64,000 nucleotides of DNA from an uncultured delta proteobacterium (GTDB lineage: Bacteria > Desulfobacterota > RBG-13-43-22): assembly GCA_963843145.1 (NCBI GenBank), contig CAWJJC010000023.1, forward strand, positions 64,001-128,000, in the 5' to 3' direction. Positions 49,720-57,996 of this stretch are shown here, piece by piece (positions within the stretch are counted from its first letter, which is position 1; each line of letters begins with the position of its first letter). The notes under the pieces were generated by a model that saw only the letters and a list, made by a program, of their open reading frames with translations, did no database searches and was not told the origin of the DNA. Position numbers and translations under genes: made by a program.

Positions 49720-50463
49720 TCAGGCACTGATCACCTCATAATAGTGATTGGGAACCATCCCGGCAAACAGCACCGCTCCCGGGCAGGGGACGACATATTT
49801 TTTTTTGAACGATGATCCGATGATATTATAGAATTCCAGGCAGGCCGAGCAGACCGTTCGGGTTTTGCCCAGGGAATAGGGCACGGAGTGGCCGTCCTCC
49901 GGGACCTGATAGGCCGGTTCGATGAAGTTGGCGTGATTGGCGCAGTGGCCGATGAACAATTCTTCGAAGGTCAGGCCCTGAAGACCCATGACCTTCATCC
50001 ATCTCCGCTGTTCTTCCCGCGCGTCGGCCCCGATAGTCTCCCATTCCTCCGGCCGGGAATACTGGTAGCTTTCCCGTTGGATCAAGGCCCGTTGTTTTTC
50101 TCCATCCGGCAATCGGGGTGGATGGAAGGAAGAGTTTCGGATAAGGACCGAGGGCGCCGGGGCGACGTCCGGCAGGAGAACGGAACTGACCACCAGGGTC
50201 TGGCCCCGTCGGGGGGAATGGCGGTACCAGGAAAACTGCCTTCGGCACAAATCATAGTTGTCCCAGACCTCCGGGGCCACCAGGCCGATTTCAATCCGGC
50301 GCGACAGGGGCAGGCAGACCGCCTTTTTGACCTCGGTGACCGCCAGGTCGCTTCGGCCCAGAGACTGTCTCAGACCTTCGACCTCCGGCCCGGGGATCCA
50401 ATAGACATATTTGCAAAAAGGTTTGATGGTTCCGTCCTTCCCCGATCGGGCAAAACCTCCCAA
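49720..50463 (-). CDS. Hypothetical Cys/His-rich protein (start uncertain)
   Basis: 247-aa ORF with host-like codon usage; motifs HCANHANF, CSACLE and VVPCPGA. Confidence 0.7.
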   Translation of the reverse strand: MGGFARSGKDGTIKPFCKYVYWIPGPEVEGLRQSLGRSDLAVTEVKKAVCLPLSRRIEIGLVAPEVWDNYDLCRRQFSWYRHSPRRGQTLVVSSVLLPDVAPAPSVLIRNSSFHPPRLPDGEKQRALIQRESYQYSRPEEWETIGADAREEQRRWMKVMGLQGLTFEELFIGHCANHANFIEPAYQVPEDGHSVPYSLGKTRTVCSACLEFYNIIGSSFKKKYVVPCPGAVLFAGMVPNHYYEVISA

Positions 50464-50586
50464 AAATATTTGAAATATTTTTTGCTGTAAAAAAAACCAC
50501 TTAACAGATTTAAAGATAACGTCTTTTAATTTAGATTCTTGCCTCCATGGTTAGAGATAAATTCTCAAAAGAATGGAGGTAAGAAT

Positions 50587-51006
50587 CTAAGCGCCGTGCC
50601 AATCTTCCAAGATCAACCCCGAGAAGTTGCCATAGTCTTTGCTATTTCTGGTCACCAGGGTTAATCCGTTGGTAACGGCGATCGCGGCGATCTGGCCATC
50701 CACAAAGGACGGCGGCTTACCGGACAGGGATAGGCGGGCCCTTTCGAGGGCATGCCAGCGGGCGGCTTGTTCATCATAAGGGAGTATGGGCAGATTTCTT
50801 GAAATAACTTCTTCGAGAAACAGCTCCAGTATTTCCCTCTTTCGTGACTGAGGCATCTGGTAGCAACCAAACTGCAATTCATGCCAGACCGGTGCGGCCG
50901 TGACCAGCTCTTGTTGGTATTGCCGGCATCTTTCCTCCACCCCCCGGTCCGGATTGGGTTTAACCAATTCAGAAATAAAATTGGTATCTAAGAGGTATTT
51001 CATCAA
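50587..51006 (-). CDS. vapC: VapC (PIN domain) toxin
   Basis: YLLDTN..SE, EL.FG, DGQIAAIA and LVTRN..DY. Confidence 0.93.
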   Translation of the reverse strand: MMKYLLDTNFISELVKPNPDRGVEERCRQYQQELVTAAPVWHELQFGCYQMPQSRKREILELFLEEVISRNLPILPYDEQAARWHALERARLSLSGKPPSFVDGQIAAIAVTNGLTLVTRNSKDYGNFSGLILEDWHGA

Positions 51007-51284
51007 TCCAAGTCGACCGACCGGCCCACCGTATTGTCCCGAAGGTTGGACAAATCCCGATCTTCAATGACAATGCCCTCGGAGATCATAATGTTCCGAA
51101 CCTTTCCCAAGGCCTCCCAAAGCCCCTGGCCTTTCTGCTGCAACCTTTGGTAATCCCTTTGAGGAACCACCGCCGCCACAGCCCGGCCATGACGAGTGAT
51201 CTCCACGATGGAGCCCTGTTCCACTTCATGAATAATCGCCGGGAGCTTATTCTTGGCCTCAGCCACCGAAACCCTTCTGTTCAT
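51003..51284 (-). CDS. Phd/YefM-family antitoxin
   Basis: SVAEAKNKL..VE.G..V.ITRHGR.VA; overlaps the vapC start. Confidence 0.92.
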   Translation of the reverse strand: MNRRVSVAEAKNKLPAIIHEVEQGSIVEITRHGRAVAAVVPQRDYQRLQQKGQGLWEALGKVRNIMISEGIVIEDRDLSNLRDNTVGRSVDLD

Positions 51285-51297
51285 CCCTCACCGCCTC

Positions 51298-51752
51298 TTT
51301 AGTACGAAAATAGAACCCGGCGCCACTCGGGCATTCATCAATAATTAATAATTAACAATTGATTATTAATATTAATGTCAAAAACTAAGGCTTATGTCTG
51401 CCCCTTTATTTTCATGCTTCGGGGTGCCCGCCCCGGGCATGGTGGTTTAGTACGAAAATACCGCCAGCCCCGGTCATTGCGAGCGGAGCGAAGCAATCCC
51501 CATCGACAGCCTAGGGGAACTCGGGAGCCAGTTGGGGGATTGCTTCGTCGCTCCACTTCTCGCAATGACGTCTTTGCTGGCTAGTCCGTGCATTTTCATG
51601 CTTCGGGGGTGCCCCGCAGCGGGGCATGGGGGTTTAATTGGAAAATATTATAGCTATAATTATAGCCATGTCAAGTATTCTATGGAAGCATTCAGGATGT
51701 CCTGAGCCAATTCTTGGGGATTGCTTCGTCGCTTCACTCCTCGCAAAGACAG
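51298..51752. repeat. Cluster of short palindromic dispersed repeats
   Basis: Two copies of ATTTTCATGCTTCGGGG(G)TGCCC..GGGCATGG.GGTTTA (51408, 51592); inverted pair GTCATTGCGAG..GAAGCAATC / GATTGCTTCGTCGC..CGCAATGAC, with a third copy near 51719; 15-bp direct repeat TTTAGTACGAAAATA at 51298 and 51446. Confidence 0.8.
51647..51674 (-). promoter_or_regulatory. Consensus sigma70 promoter with overlapping palindromic operator, facing the antitoxin-toxin pair
   Basis: Minus strand TTGACA-N16-TATAAT; perfect palindromes ATTATAGCTATAAT (51647-51660) and GCTATAATTATAGC (51653-51666). Confidence 0.65.
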
Positions 51753-51786
51753 ATTGGGGAACTTTTTGCGGATCCAGCACCGTTTA

Positions 51787-53175
51787 TCAGCCGGCCTTTT
51801 TTATAAGCGATTCCTCGACCAGGCAGCTCAGATCCTTCATGACCAGCGGGGAATCCAGGGCCTTGATCCCCACCTGGAGCCCGGCGTAACAAAAGGGGCA
51901 GGCCGATATCAGTTCACTAGCCCCGGTAGCCTCCGCCTCCCTGACCCGCTCCTGGGCCATTTTGTTTTGAATATCCGGATAGCCTGACTTCAGACCGCCC
52001 CCGGCCCCGCAGCAGCGGGAGTAGGGACCGCTCCGGGACATCTCGACCAGTTCCAGCCCCGGAATGGCTTCCATGAGCACCCGCGGGTCCTCAAACACGC
52101 CACTGGCCCGTCCCAAATGGCAGGGATCGTGGTAGGTGACCTTTCGTTCCAACGGTTGAACAAAGGGCAGCTTTTTATCTTCCAGCAGTCGCCGGAGAAA
52201 TTCGACGGTATGGAGCACTTCAAAATTCAGCTTTCCCACCTTGGGGTAGTCTTCCTTGATGGTCTTGAAACAACCGGAACAGGAGCTGACCAGGGTCTGG
52301 ATGCCCAGGGAATTGAGCTGCCGGATATTATCGCCGGCGATCCGTTCGAATTCCGGGTCCCCCATGCGCAGCAGCACGCTGCCGCAGCACTTTTCCTCTC
52401 CCCCCAGGACGCCGTAGTCGACTCCCAGGCTCTCCAGGATATTCAGGGTGCTGATAGCGATCTGTTTCACGTTGACGTCATAAACGGCCGTACATCCCAG
52501 GAAAAGCAGGGTCTTGGCCCCGGTCTTTTTGATCTCCCGCGGCGGGGCGATCAGGACATTGTCCTTCTGCGCCCGCCGGGCCCACTTGGTCCGACCGGCC
52601 CGAGGCTGCTGCCAGGGATTGTCGTAGGCCTTGACGCTTTTGACCAGGACCTTCTGCGGTTCCAGCGGCCCATAGCCGGCGGTGACGACCAGGCGGCGAA
52701 TGTCTTCCCAGAGGCTGACCGTATCGATGTTGGCCGGGCAGACAATCTGGCATTGCCCGCAGGTGGAGCATTCGTATAAATTTTGAACAAAGGCGTCGAT
52801 TTCCGGTTGGCCGATCTCCTGGTAGCGAAAAACAGCTCCCAAAAGTTTCTTGAGCGGCGCGCTTACCTTCTCCTGCTTCATGATCCGGGTCAGAAGCGAT
52901 CGTTGGGTTTTAACAATATGCAGAAAATCGGTGATCTTCTTCCGGGGGATGATCTGCTCCCGGGGGTCTTGGTCGTGCACGGGGCACCAGTTCAGGCATT
53001 CGCCGCAACGGGTGCAGGCCTCGAGCTGAATCAACCGGGACGCGGACAGATTGAAAAGAGGGAGCTCCCGGATCGGCTCGGGACGCGCCTCGGTCACCGA
53101 TTCCTCCGGCTTCGATGGAATTGGCCCCATCGGTGATTTTTGGTCGACGGTTTCAACCAGAACTTCTTCGGTCAT
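51787..53175 (-). CDS. HdrD/TmcB/GlcF-like (Fe-S)-binding protein with two CCG domains
   Basis: CTRCGECLNWCP, CSTCGQCQIVCP, KCCG..SCSGC and YHDPCHL..CCGAGGG..ACPFC. Confidence 0.92.
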   Translation of the reverse strand: MTEEVLVETVDQKSPMGPIPSKPEESVTEARPEPIRELPLFNLSASRLIQLEACTRCGECLNWCPVHDQDPREQIIPRKKITDFLHIVKTQRSLLTRIMKQEKVSAPLKKLLGAVFRYQEIGQPEIDAFVQNLYECSTCGQCQIVCPANIDTVSLWEDIRRLVVTAGYGPLEPQKVLVKSVKAYDNPWQQPRAGRTKWARRAQKDNVLIAPPREIKKTGAKTLLFLGCTAVYDVNVKQIAISTLNILESLGVDYGVLGGEEKCCGSVLLRMGDPEFERIAGDNIRQLNSLGIQTLVSSCSGCFKTIKEDYPKVGKLNFEVLHTVEFLRRLLEDKKLPFVQPLERKVTYHDPCHLGRASGVFEDPRVLMEAIPGLELVEMSRSGPYSRCCGAGGGLKSGYPDIQNKMAQERVREAEATGASELISACPFCYAGLQVGIKALDSPLVMKDLSCLVEESLIKKAG

Positions 53176-53230
53176 TATACTTTCTCGTAACAATCAACAT
53201 TTTGTAAAAATAGGGTCAAACTGCTCAGCC

Positions 53231-53253
53231 GAACGTTGGGGGGTGGGTGAATT
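53231..53253. repeat. 23-bp element, exact reverse complement of 57726-57748
   Basis: GAACGTTGGGGGGTGGGTGAATT versus AATTCACCCACCCCCCAACGTTC. Confidence 0.8.
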
Positions 53254-53449
53254 CCCGAATCATCGACCCAACCGGCTTCACCCCCTCCCTAACCCTCGTC
53301 AAGGGGGAGGGAACAAGAAGCCGGCGGCGACATGGCCGCTGCCTTAATCGTCAGGCACTTTGGACACTTTAATTATTTCCATCCTGTACATCCAGTCGCC
53401 CAACCTTTGTCCTGCCTTGGTCTGTTTTGTCGGTGACAAAAAATCCAGG

Positions 53450-54907
53450 TTATCCCTTCTTCCTATATTGAGACACCAGGCTCAGCGGCGTCACGAAAAT
53501 ATGCTTGAGCTTTCCGTAAGGCAAATAGGCCACCAGCAGCGCCCCCAGGACGGCGTGGGCATACCAGAAGTACACATAGGCAACAGGCCAGTCCGCCGGC
53601 AACCAGGCAAATAACCGGGAAAGCAGGTAGCCCACAAACGAATAGGCCGCCTTTCCCGGGGGAATCCCGGTTACCAGGATACGGGCGCCCTCCAGGAAAA
53701 ACCCCACCAGCACCAGGGCCCCCAGAATGGCCAGGGCCCAGTTGTCTTTCCATTCACTAATGACCTGAGGGGGCTTCACGACCAACCGTTGAATGACCGA
53801 GGCCGCCAAACCCGCCAGGATGAACAGTCCCAGAAGGTCATTGGTCAGGGCCACGAAGGGATGGTTCTTGTCGATCAGGGCATAGGCCAGCACGCCGCCG
53901 GGTTTAAAAAAATAGGAAAAATGGGTCAACAAGGCCAGCCCGAACCGCAACAGGATGGCGTAGTAAATCAGGGAGTGGATGGACCAGCGTTTGACGCTCT
54001 CCTGCAGAATCCGCCGCTGGAGCAGCACATCAAAGAAGAACGTCTTGAGTAGGGCCCCGCATTCCCGGGAAAAGACAACGGACCAGGCCGCTTCCGATCC
54101 CAGGCTGATTTTTCGGTGGATCGATTTTTCCTCTCCCTGAACACTCCCGCTTATCCAGAACATCCCCGTCAACAGGAGACCCAGGCCAAAGAGGACCAAG
54201 GCCGCCCAGAAAATGGGATGCCCGACGGCGATCGGGGCATAGTGGCAGGGCAGGCAGAGCAGGCTTTTCGCAGGTAGGACCGCCGCTGCCGCCCCCACTT
54301 TATTCCCCGGCACATGGCAACGTTGACAGAACTCCGTACTTCGGGTATCCGGCAGGCGATGGTCGGTCAGCGCCATGGGGCTCCCCCAGGCATCGAGCCG
54401 GGAAAGAACCACCCGGTCTATGGATTTATTGAGTACCACCGCCTTTGACTGCCGGTGGCAGGCCTGGCAGCTTACCCGCAGATGGGGATCATGGGCCGCG
54501 CCTTCCCCGTGGACCGTATGGCAGGAGAGGCACTGGGCCCCCACCCGGGTCCGATGCGGCGAGCGGGCCACGTCGGTATGACAGGCCAGACAGGCCACCA
54601 TCCGGTGGCGGTTGCCGACAAAGGATTCGGGGGTTACCTGCAAGGAGACCGCGGTTTCGCCCCAGCTTCGTTTCAGGCCTTCCCGGGCGTGACACTCGAA
54701 ACACAGGGCTTGGATAGCCAGGGCCCCTTCATTACTCTGGATGTTCGGCCGGCGGTGGCAATCCAGGCAGACCCGTTCCTTTCCCTCCGCCATGACCGGC
54801 ATGGAAACCGGCGCCTCCGCCCACCCGCTCCGAACTCCCAGGACGCACCCGAGCACAGCCGTCAGCAGCAGGAACCCCAGTAGATTTTTTATATCTTTTT
54901 TTTGCAT
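53450..54907 (-). CDS. Heptahaem cytochrome c fused to a NarI-like (cytochrome b) membrane domain
   Basis: Signal peptide, 7 CxxCH motifs, then TM helices with RW.IH, GFFLEG.R, HA and YLPYGKLKH. Confidence 0.88.
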   Translation of the reverse strand: MQKKDIKNLLGFLLLTAVLGCVLGVRSGWAEAPVSMPVMAEGKERVCLDCHRRPNIQSNEGALAIQALCFECHAREGLKRSWGETAVSLQVTPESFVGNRHRMVACLACHTDVARSPHRTRVGAQCLSCHTVHGEGAAHDPHLRVSCQACHRQSKAVVLNKSIDRVVLSRLDAWGSPMALTDHRLPDTRSTEFCQRCHVPGNKVGAAAAVLPAKSLLCLPCHYAPIAVGHPIFWAALVLFGLGLLLTGMFWISGSVQGEEKSIHRKISLGSEAAWSVVFSRECGALLKTFFFDVLLQRRILQESVKRWSIHSLIYYAILLRFGLALLTHFSYFFKPGGVLAYALIDKNHPFVALTNDLLGLFILAGLAASVIQRLVVKPPQVISEWKDNWALAILGALVLVGFFLEGARILVTGIPPGKAAYSFVGYLLSRLFAWLPADWPVAYVYFWYAHAVLGALLVAYLPYGKLKHIFVTPLSLVSQYRKKG

Positions 54908-54933
54908 TTTGAAATTTACGCTTGGCCTTTGAA

Positions 54934-55638
54934 CTATCGATTCCTCTCCTGCTGCACTTCTTCCCACTCCCCCGGGTGCTCGTGTTCCATCCTCTCCGGA
55001 GTGGTCTTCCCGTTGAAAATGGATTTGTCCAGCGGATAGACCTCCGGACGCAGATGGGCGGTCACCCCATGCACCACGAATTTCAAGGCCACGGCCAACA
55101 GGGCTTCATAGAGATGAAGAACCCGGGCCAGGTTGATAAAATATCCGGGCATCCACCCGCTGAAAAACACCGGAAACCAGAGCACCAGCCCGGTCAGGCC
55201 CATGGTGTTCATCCCCACCAGCATGGCCCAATAATCCAGTTTCTCCCAGTAGGTGAACCGGTTAAATCGCGGCGGGCGGCCTTTCCCCAGAAAGTATTTG
55301 ATATGGGCCAGGAGATCCTTCAGATCTTGGCTTCCGGGAAAGGCCGATTGGGGCCCGGTCAGGCGCCCTTTTAACACGCCCTTGAAATAGATCAGCCAAC
55401 CCAGATGGATCACCACCCCGCTGTAGGTGATCACCGCCCAGAAGCGGTGCCAGTATCCGGTCCAACCCGGGCCACCCCATAGGCCGACGATCCACTGGGC
55501 CCAGGCCTGGGAACTGAATTTAAGGGGAAAACCGGTCAGGGCCAGGCCGATAAACCCCACCATGATGACCCAGTGCAGCAGGCGGTGAATAACCGGAAAC
55601 CGGATCAACGAATGGTTTTCCTGACGGTTGACGGTCAT
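54934..55638 (-). CDS. Di-haem cytochrome b membrane subunit (FdnI/CbcL-type)
   Basis: Start reassigned to MTVNRQ; RF..HRLLHW, LALTG.P, HR, IH, RFTYWEKLDYWA, LH..EA.LA and EHEHP.E. Confidence 0.88.
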   Translation of the reverse strand: MTVNRQENHSLIRFPVIHRLLHWVIMVGFIGLALTGFPLKFSSQAWAQWIVGLWGGPGWTGYWHRFWAVITYSGVVIHLGWLIYFKGVLKGRLTGPQSAFPGSQDLKDLLAHIKYFLGKGRPPRFNRFTYWEKLDYWAMLVGMNTMGLTGLVLWFPVFFSGWMPGYFINLARVLHLYEALLAVALKFVVHGVTAHLRPEVYPLDKSIFNGKTTPERMEHEHPGEWEEVQQERNR

Positions 55639-56492
55639 GGCCGGCGCCTTTTCAGTTTTTCGTGCAGCTCCCGCAGCAACCAGATAAAACTGTGTCCATA
55701 GAAAAAAGCCACCAACGTGATGACCAGTACCAGCATAACCAGGGTCACCGTTTGGATCACTCCGACCCGTGATTTCTGATCCCGGTCTTTTTCGGTCAAG
55801 CCCCGGGTGGTGGCGTGGATGACAAAGGTGGCGAACTGTTCGCGGGCCTGGGGGTGGCAGCGTTGACAGGCCTCCAGGGCAGCCTTTTGGTCTTTCAAGG
55901 ACAGGCACTGATGGGCCCCGTGGCAGTCGGTGCAGTAAGCGGAGTTGATCTTTCCTAGATAGACGCCCTTTTTCCCATGGGAATTTTCCAGGTAGGAGGC
56001 CGCTTGGGCCGGATGGCAGGAACCGCAGGTAGCGGTCATCTCCCGCCCGAGTTCGAGTCGCGACCGGTGGGCCTTCCCATAATGGGAGGAATGGCAATTC
56101 CCGCAGGTGGGGGCCGGGGATTTCTTGGGGTCGACCGGCGTTCCGGCGAGGGCTTCGGCTTTTTCTTTCTGCAGGGCCTGGGCGTGGACGCCGGACAGAG
56201 TGCGCTTATATCCCGGACGATGGCAAGTTTGGCAGCGGCTGTACTCATAGACCCGGGAGGCCTCCCTTTGGAGGAAGCGGGGATCGCCGGCCTCCGGATG
56301 GACCTTCCCCGGCTCTTTCATGTTTCCGTGACAGGCTTCACAGTTCATCGTCCCGTGGGCCGAACCTGAAAAACGGCTGAGATCAATGAACCAAGTGGCG
56401 TCGGGGGGAAGCGCATTGGCCTGGAGCGAGGACACCGCCAGCAGGCTGCCGATAATAAGAATTAGGCTGAAGCGAACTCGCGCCGCATTCAT
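55635..56492 (-). CDS. Hexahaem cytochrome c with C-terminal membrane anchor
   Basis: Signal peptide, 6 CxxCH motifs and a C-terminal TM helix; ATGA overlaps on both sides. Confidence 0.9.
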   Translation of the reverse strand: MNAARVRFSLILIIGSLLAVSSLQANALPPDATWFIDLSRFSGSAHGTMNCEACHGNMKEPGKVHPEAGDPRFLQREASRVYEYSRCQTCHRPGYKRTLSGVHAQALQKEKAEALAGTPVDPKKSPAPTCGNCHSSHYGKAHRSRLELGREMTATCGSCHPAQAASYLENSHGKKGVYLGKINSAYCTDCHGAHQCLSLKDQKAALEACQRCHPQAREQFATFVIHATTRGLTEKDRDQKSRVGVIQTVTLVMLVLVITLVAFFYGHSFIWLLRELHEKLKRRRP

Positions 56493-57669
56493 AGGGCGGC
56501 ATTTCTCCTGGTCTCGAAATAAACGCCCAGAAAATCCCTGGATAAGGCCGTTAATTGGTGGAAGATCTCCTCCGCCAGCGAGGTGGTCTCCTCTTTTCGA
56601 TCCAGATGATTTTTCAGCCGACGTACGGTTTCGGTTAGGGATCGAGCGGTTTCAATCACCCCCTGGGACCGTTCCGGAATAATCAGACGGCCGACCTTTT
56701 CCAGGGGTACCAGGCGCTTCCAAAGGGCCTCCAGAAATACCCGCATCTTCAGGGGCTCGTAGGCCTTTGTGCCGATCTTCCAGACAATGGGGACCTGTTC
56801 GATCCCCGAAACGACGATCCGGGCGTTGCTTAATTCCCTTTTGACCGCCCGATTCCATTCGCCGGCCGAACGGCGTTCGAGGACCGTCCTCTCCTCGGCA
56901 GGCCGATCCGCTGGGCCGGAATTTTTGGGCTGCTCGAACCCGATCGTATCGATCAGCAGTTGATTGGCTTTATGGAAATAGGGATGTTCCAGGTGGGGCC
57001 CGCACAGATAGAAGGATCCGGATCCCATCCTTTTTCGAATCACCGCCGCCTTCCCGATCAGGGTTTCCCGGGCCAGTGCTTGATCGACCAGAAAAACCGT
57101 TTTCTCGGTAAACCCGCTGTAATAGGCCAAGGGTTCAACGGGGTCGCTGGCCAGCATGGCCGGCCCGCCGTAAAGGGGTGCCGGAAAGGTGCCGGCCCCG
57201 GCAAAGGGCGCCTGGCCGTTGGCGGAAATCCGGACCGCCTCTCGAACCGGGTGAAAAATAAAGGAGCACCCATAGGGGAGGCTGAACTTTTCCTTGAATC
57301 TCCGGGGTTCGGGCAGCACCGCGGTCAGGTTGTTGATCCGGGCCTCGACAAAATTGAACCGGTCCAGGGGTTTCTTCGACGACCGCAAAGGCAGGTAGGC
57401 CCCGGCGCAGGAACCCAGATAAAGTCCCCCCCCCGGACCCAGTCTTCTATCCGGGAGGCCCCCTCCACCCCCAACCCTTCGGCCAGGGCGAAGGTGTCCC
57501 CTCCGGAAAGGGCCAGAACACTCACCCGGTTCAAAGCGCCGGCCCTGATCAGGTCCTCGTTCAAAAAGGACAGATCAAAAAGGCCGAAGCGTTCGAAAAG
57601 GTCCACAAACCAGAGCCAGGAATGGGAACTGCCGCGTCCGGTGTAGATGGCTATCGAAGGGGGTTTCAA
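56489..57669 (-). CDS. BPL-N / class I glutamine amidotransferase-like protein; frameshift in a G9 run near 57430
   Basis: IAIY.G.G, LSGGD, I..WV..GG.YLGSCAGAYL, YGGP and GPHLE. Confidence 0.78.
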
Positions 57670-57725
57670 ATCAAGACCTTGTTCCTAATAGCGACATAAA
57701 TAAATGGAAAGGCTATTTAATCTCC

Positions 57726-57952
57726 AATTCACCCACCCCCCAACGTTCAGGACGCCCTTCGGCCCTGATCTCAAAGCCGAAGAGCTGACGTCGAAGGTCC
57801 CCTCCCTTGGAGGGAGGGGGTGAGGTTTCGGTGATTTGTAATTTGGTCATTTGAGTTTGTTTCGGCCTGCGACGAGCCCTTCGACAAGCTCAGGGCCTTG
57901 AGTTTACCGAAAGGCTCAGCCGAGTCGATTTCGTGCTTCGAATTTCAGATTT
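57726..57952. repeat. Composite intergenic repeat region
   Basis: CCCCTCCCTTGGGAGGGAGGGG hairpin and degenerate heptamers (GATTTGT AATTTGG ... GATTTCG TGCTTCG AATTTCA) interrupted by a CCCTTCGACAAGCTCAGGGC..TGAG..CGAA unit. Confidence 0.65.
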
Positions 57953-57996
57953 AAGGATCACCCCGGATTTCATGAATCAACAGATTTTGGGACTGG

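Noticed and set aside
51298-51752. Possible CRISPR mini-array
   Set aside because: The repeats are of mixed types and orientations, irregularly spaced, and there are no cas genes.
55639-56097. Apparent N-terminal domain of the cytochrome b ORF, or a frameshifted CbcL-like fusion
   Set aside because: It is an alternative frame of the hexahaem gene; a clean ATGA overlap at 55635-55638 supports two separate genes.
57420-57440. Phase variation or programmed frameshifting at the G9 run of BPL-N
   Set aside because: It cannot be told apart from homopolymer sequencing error, which also affects livF.
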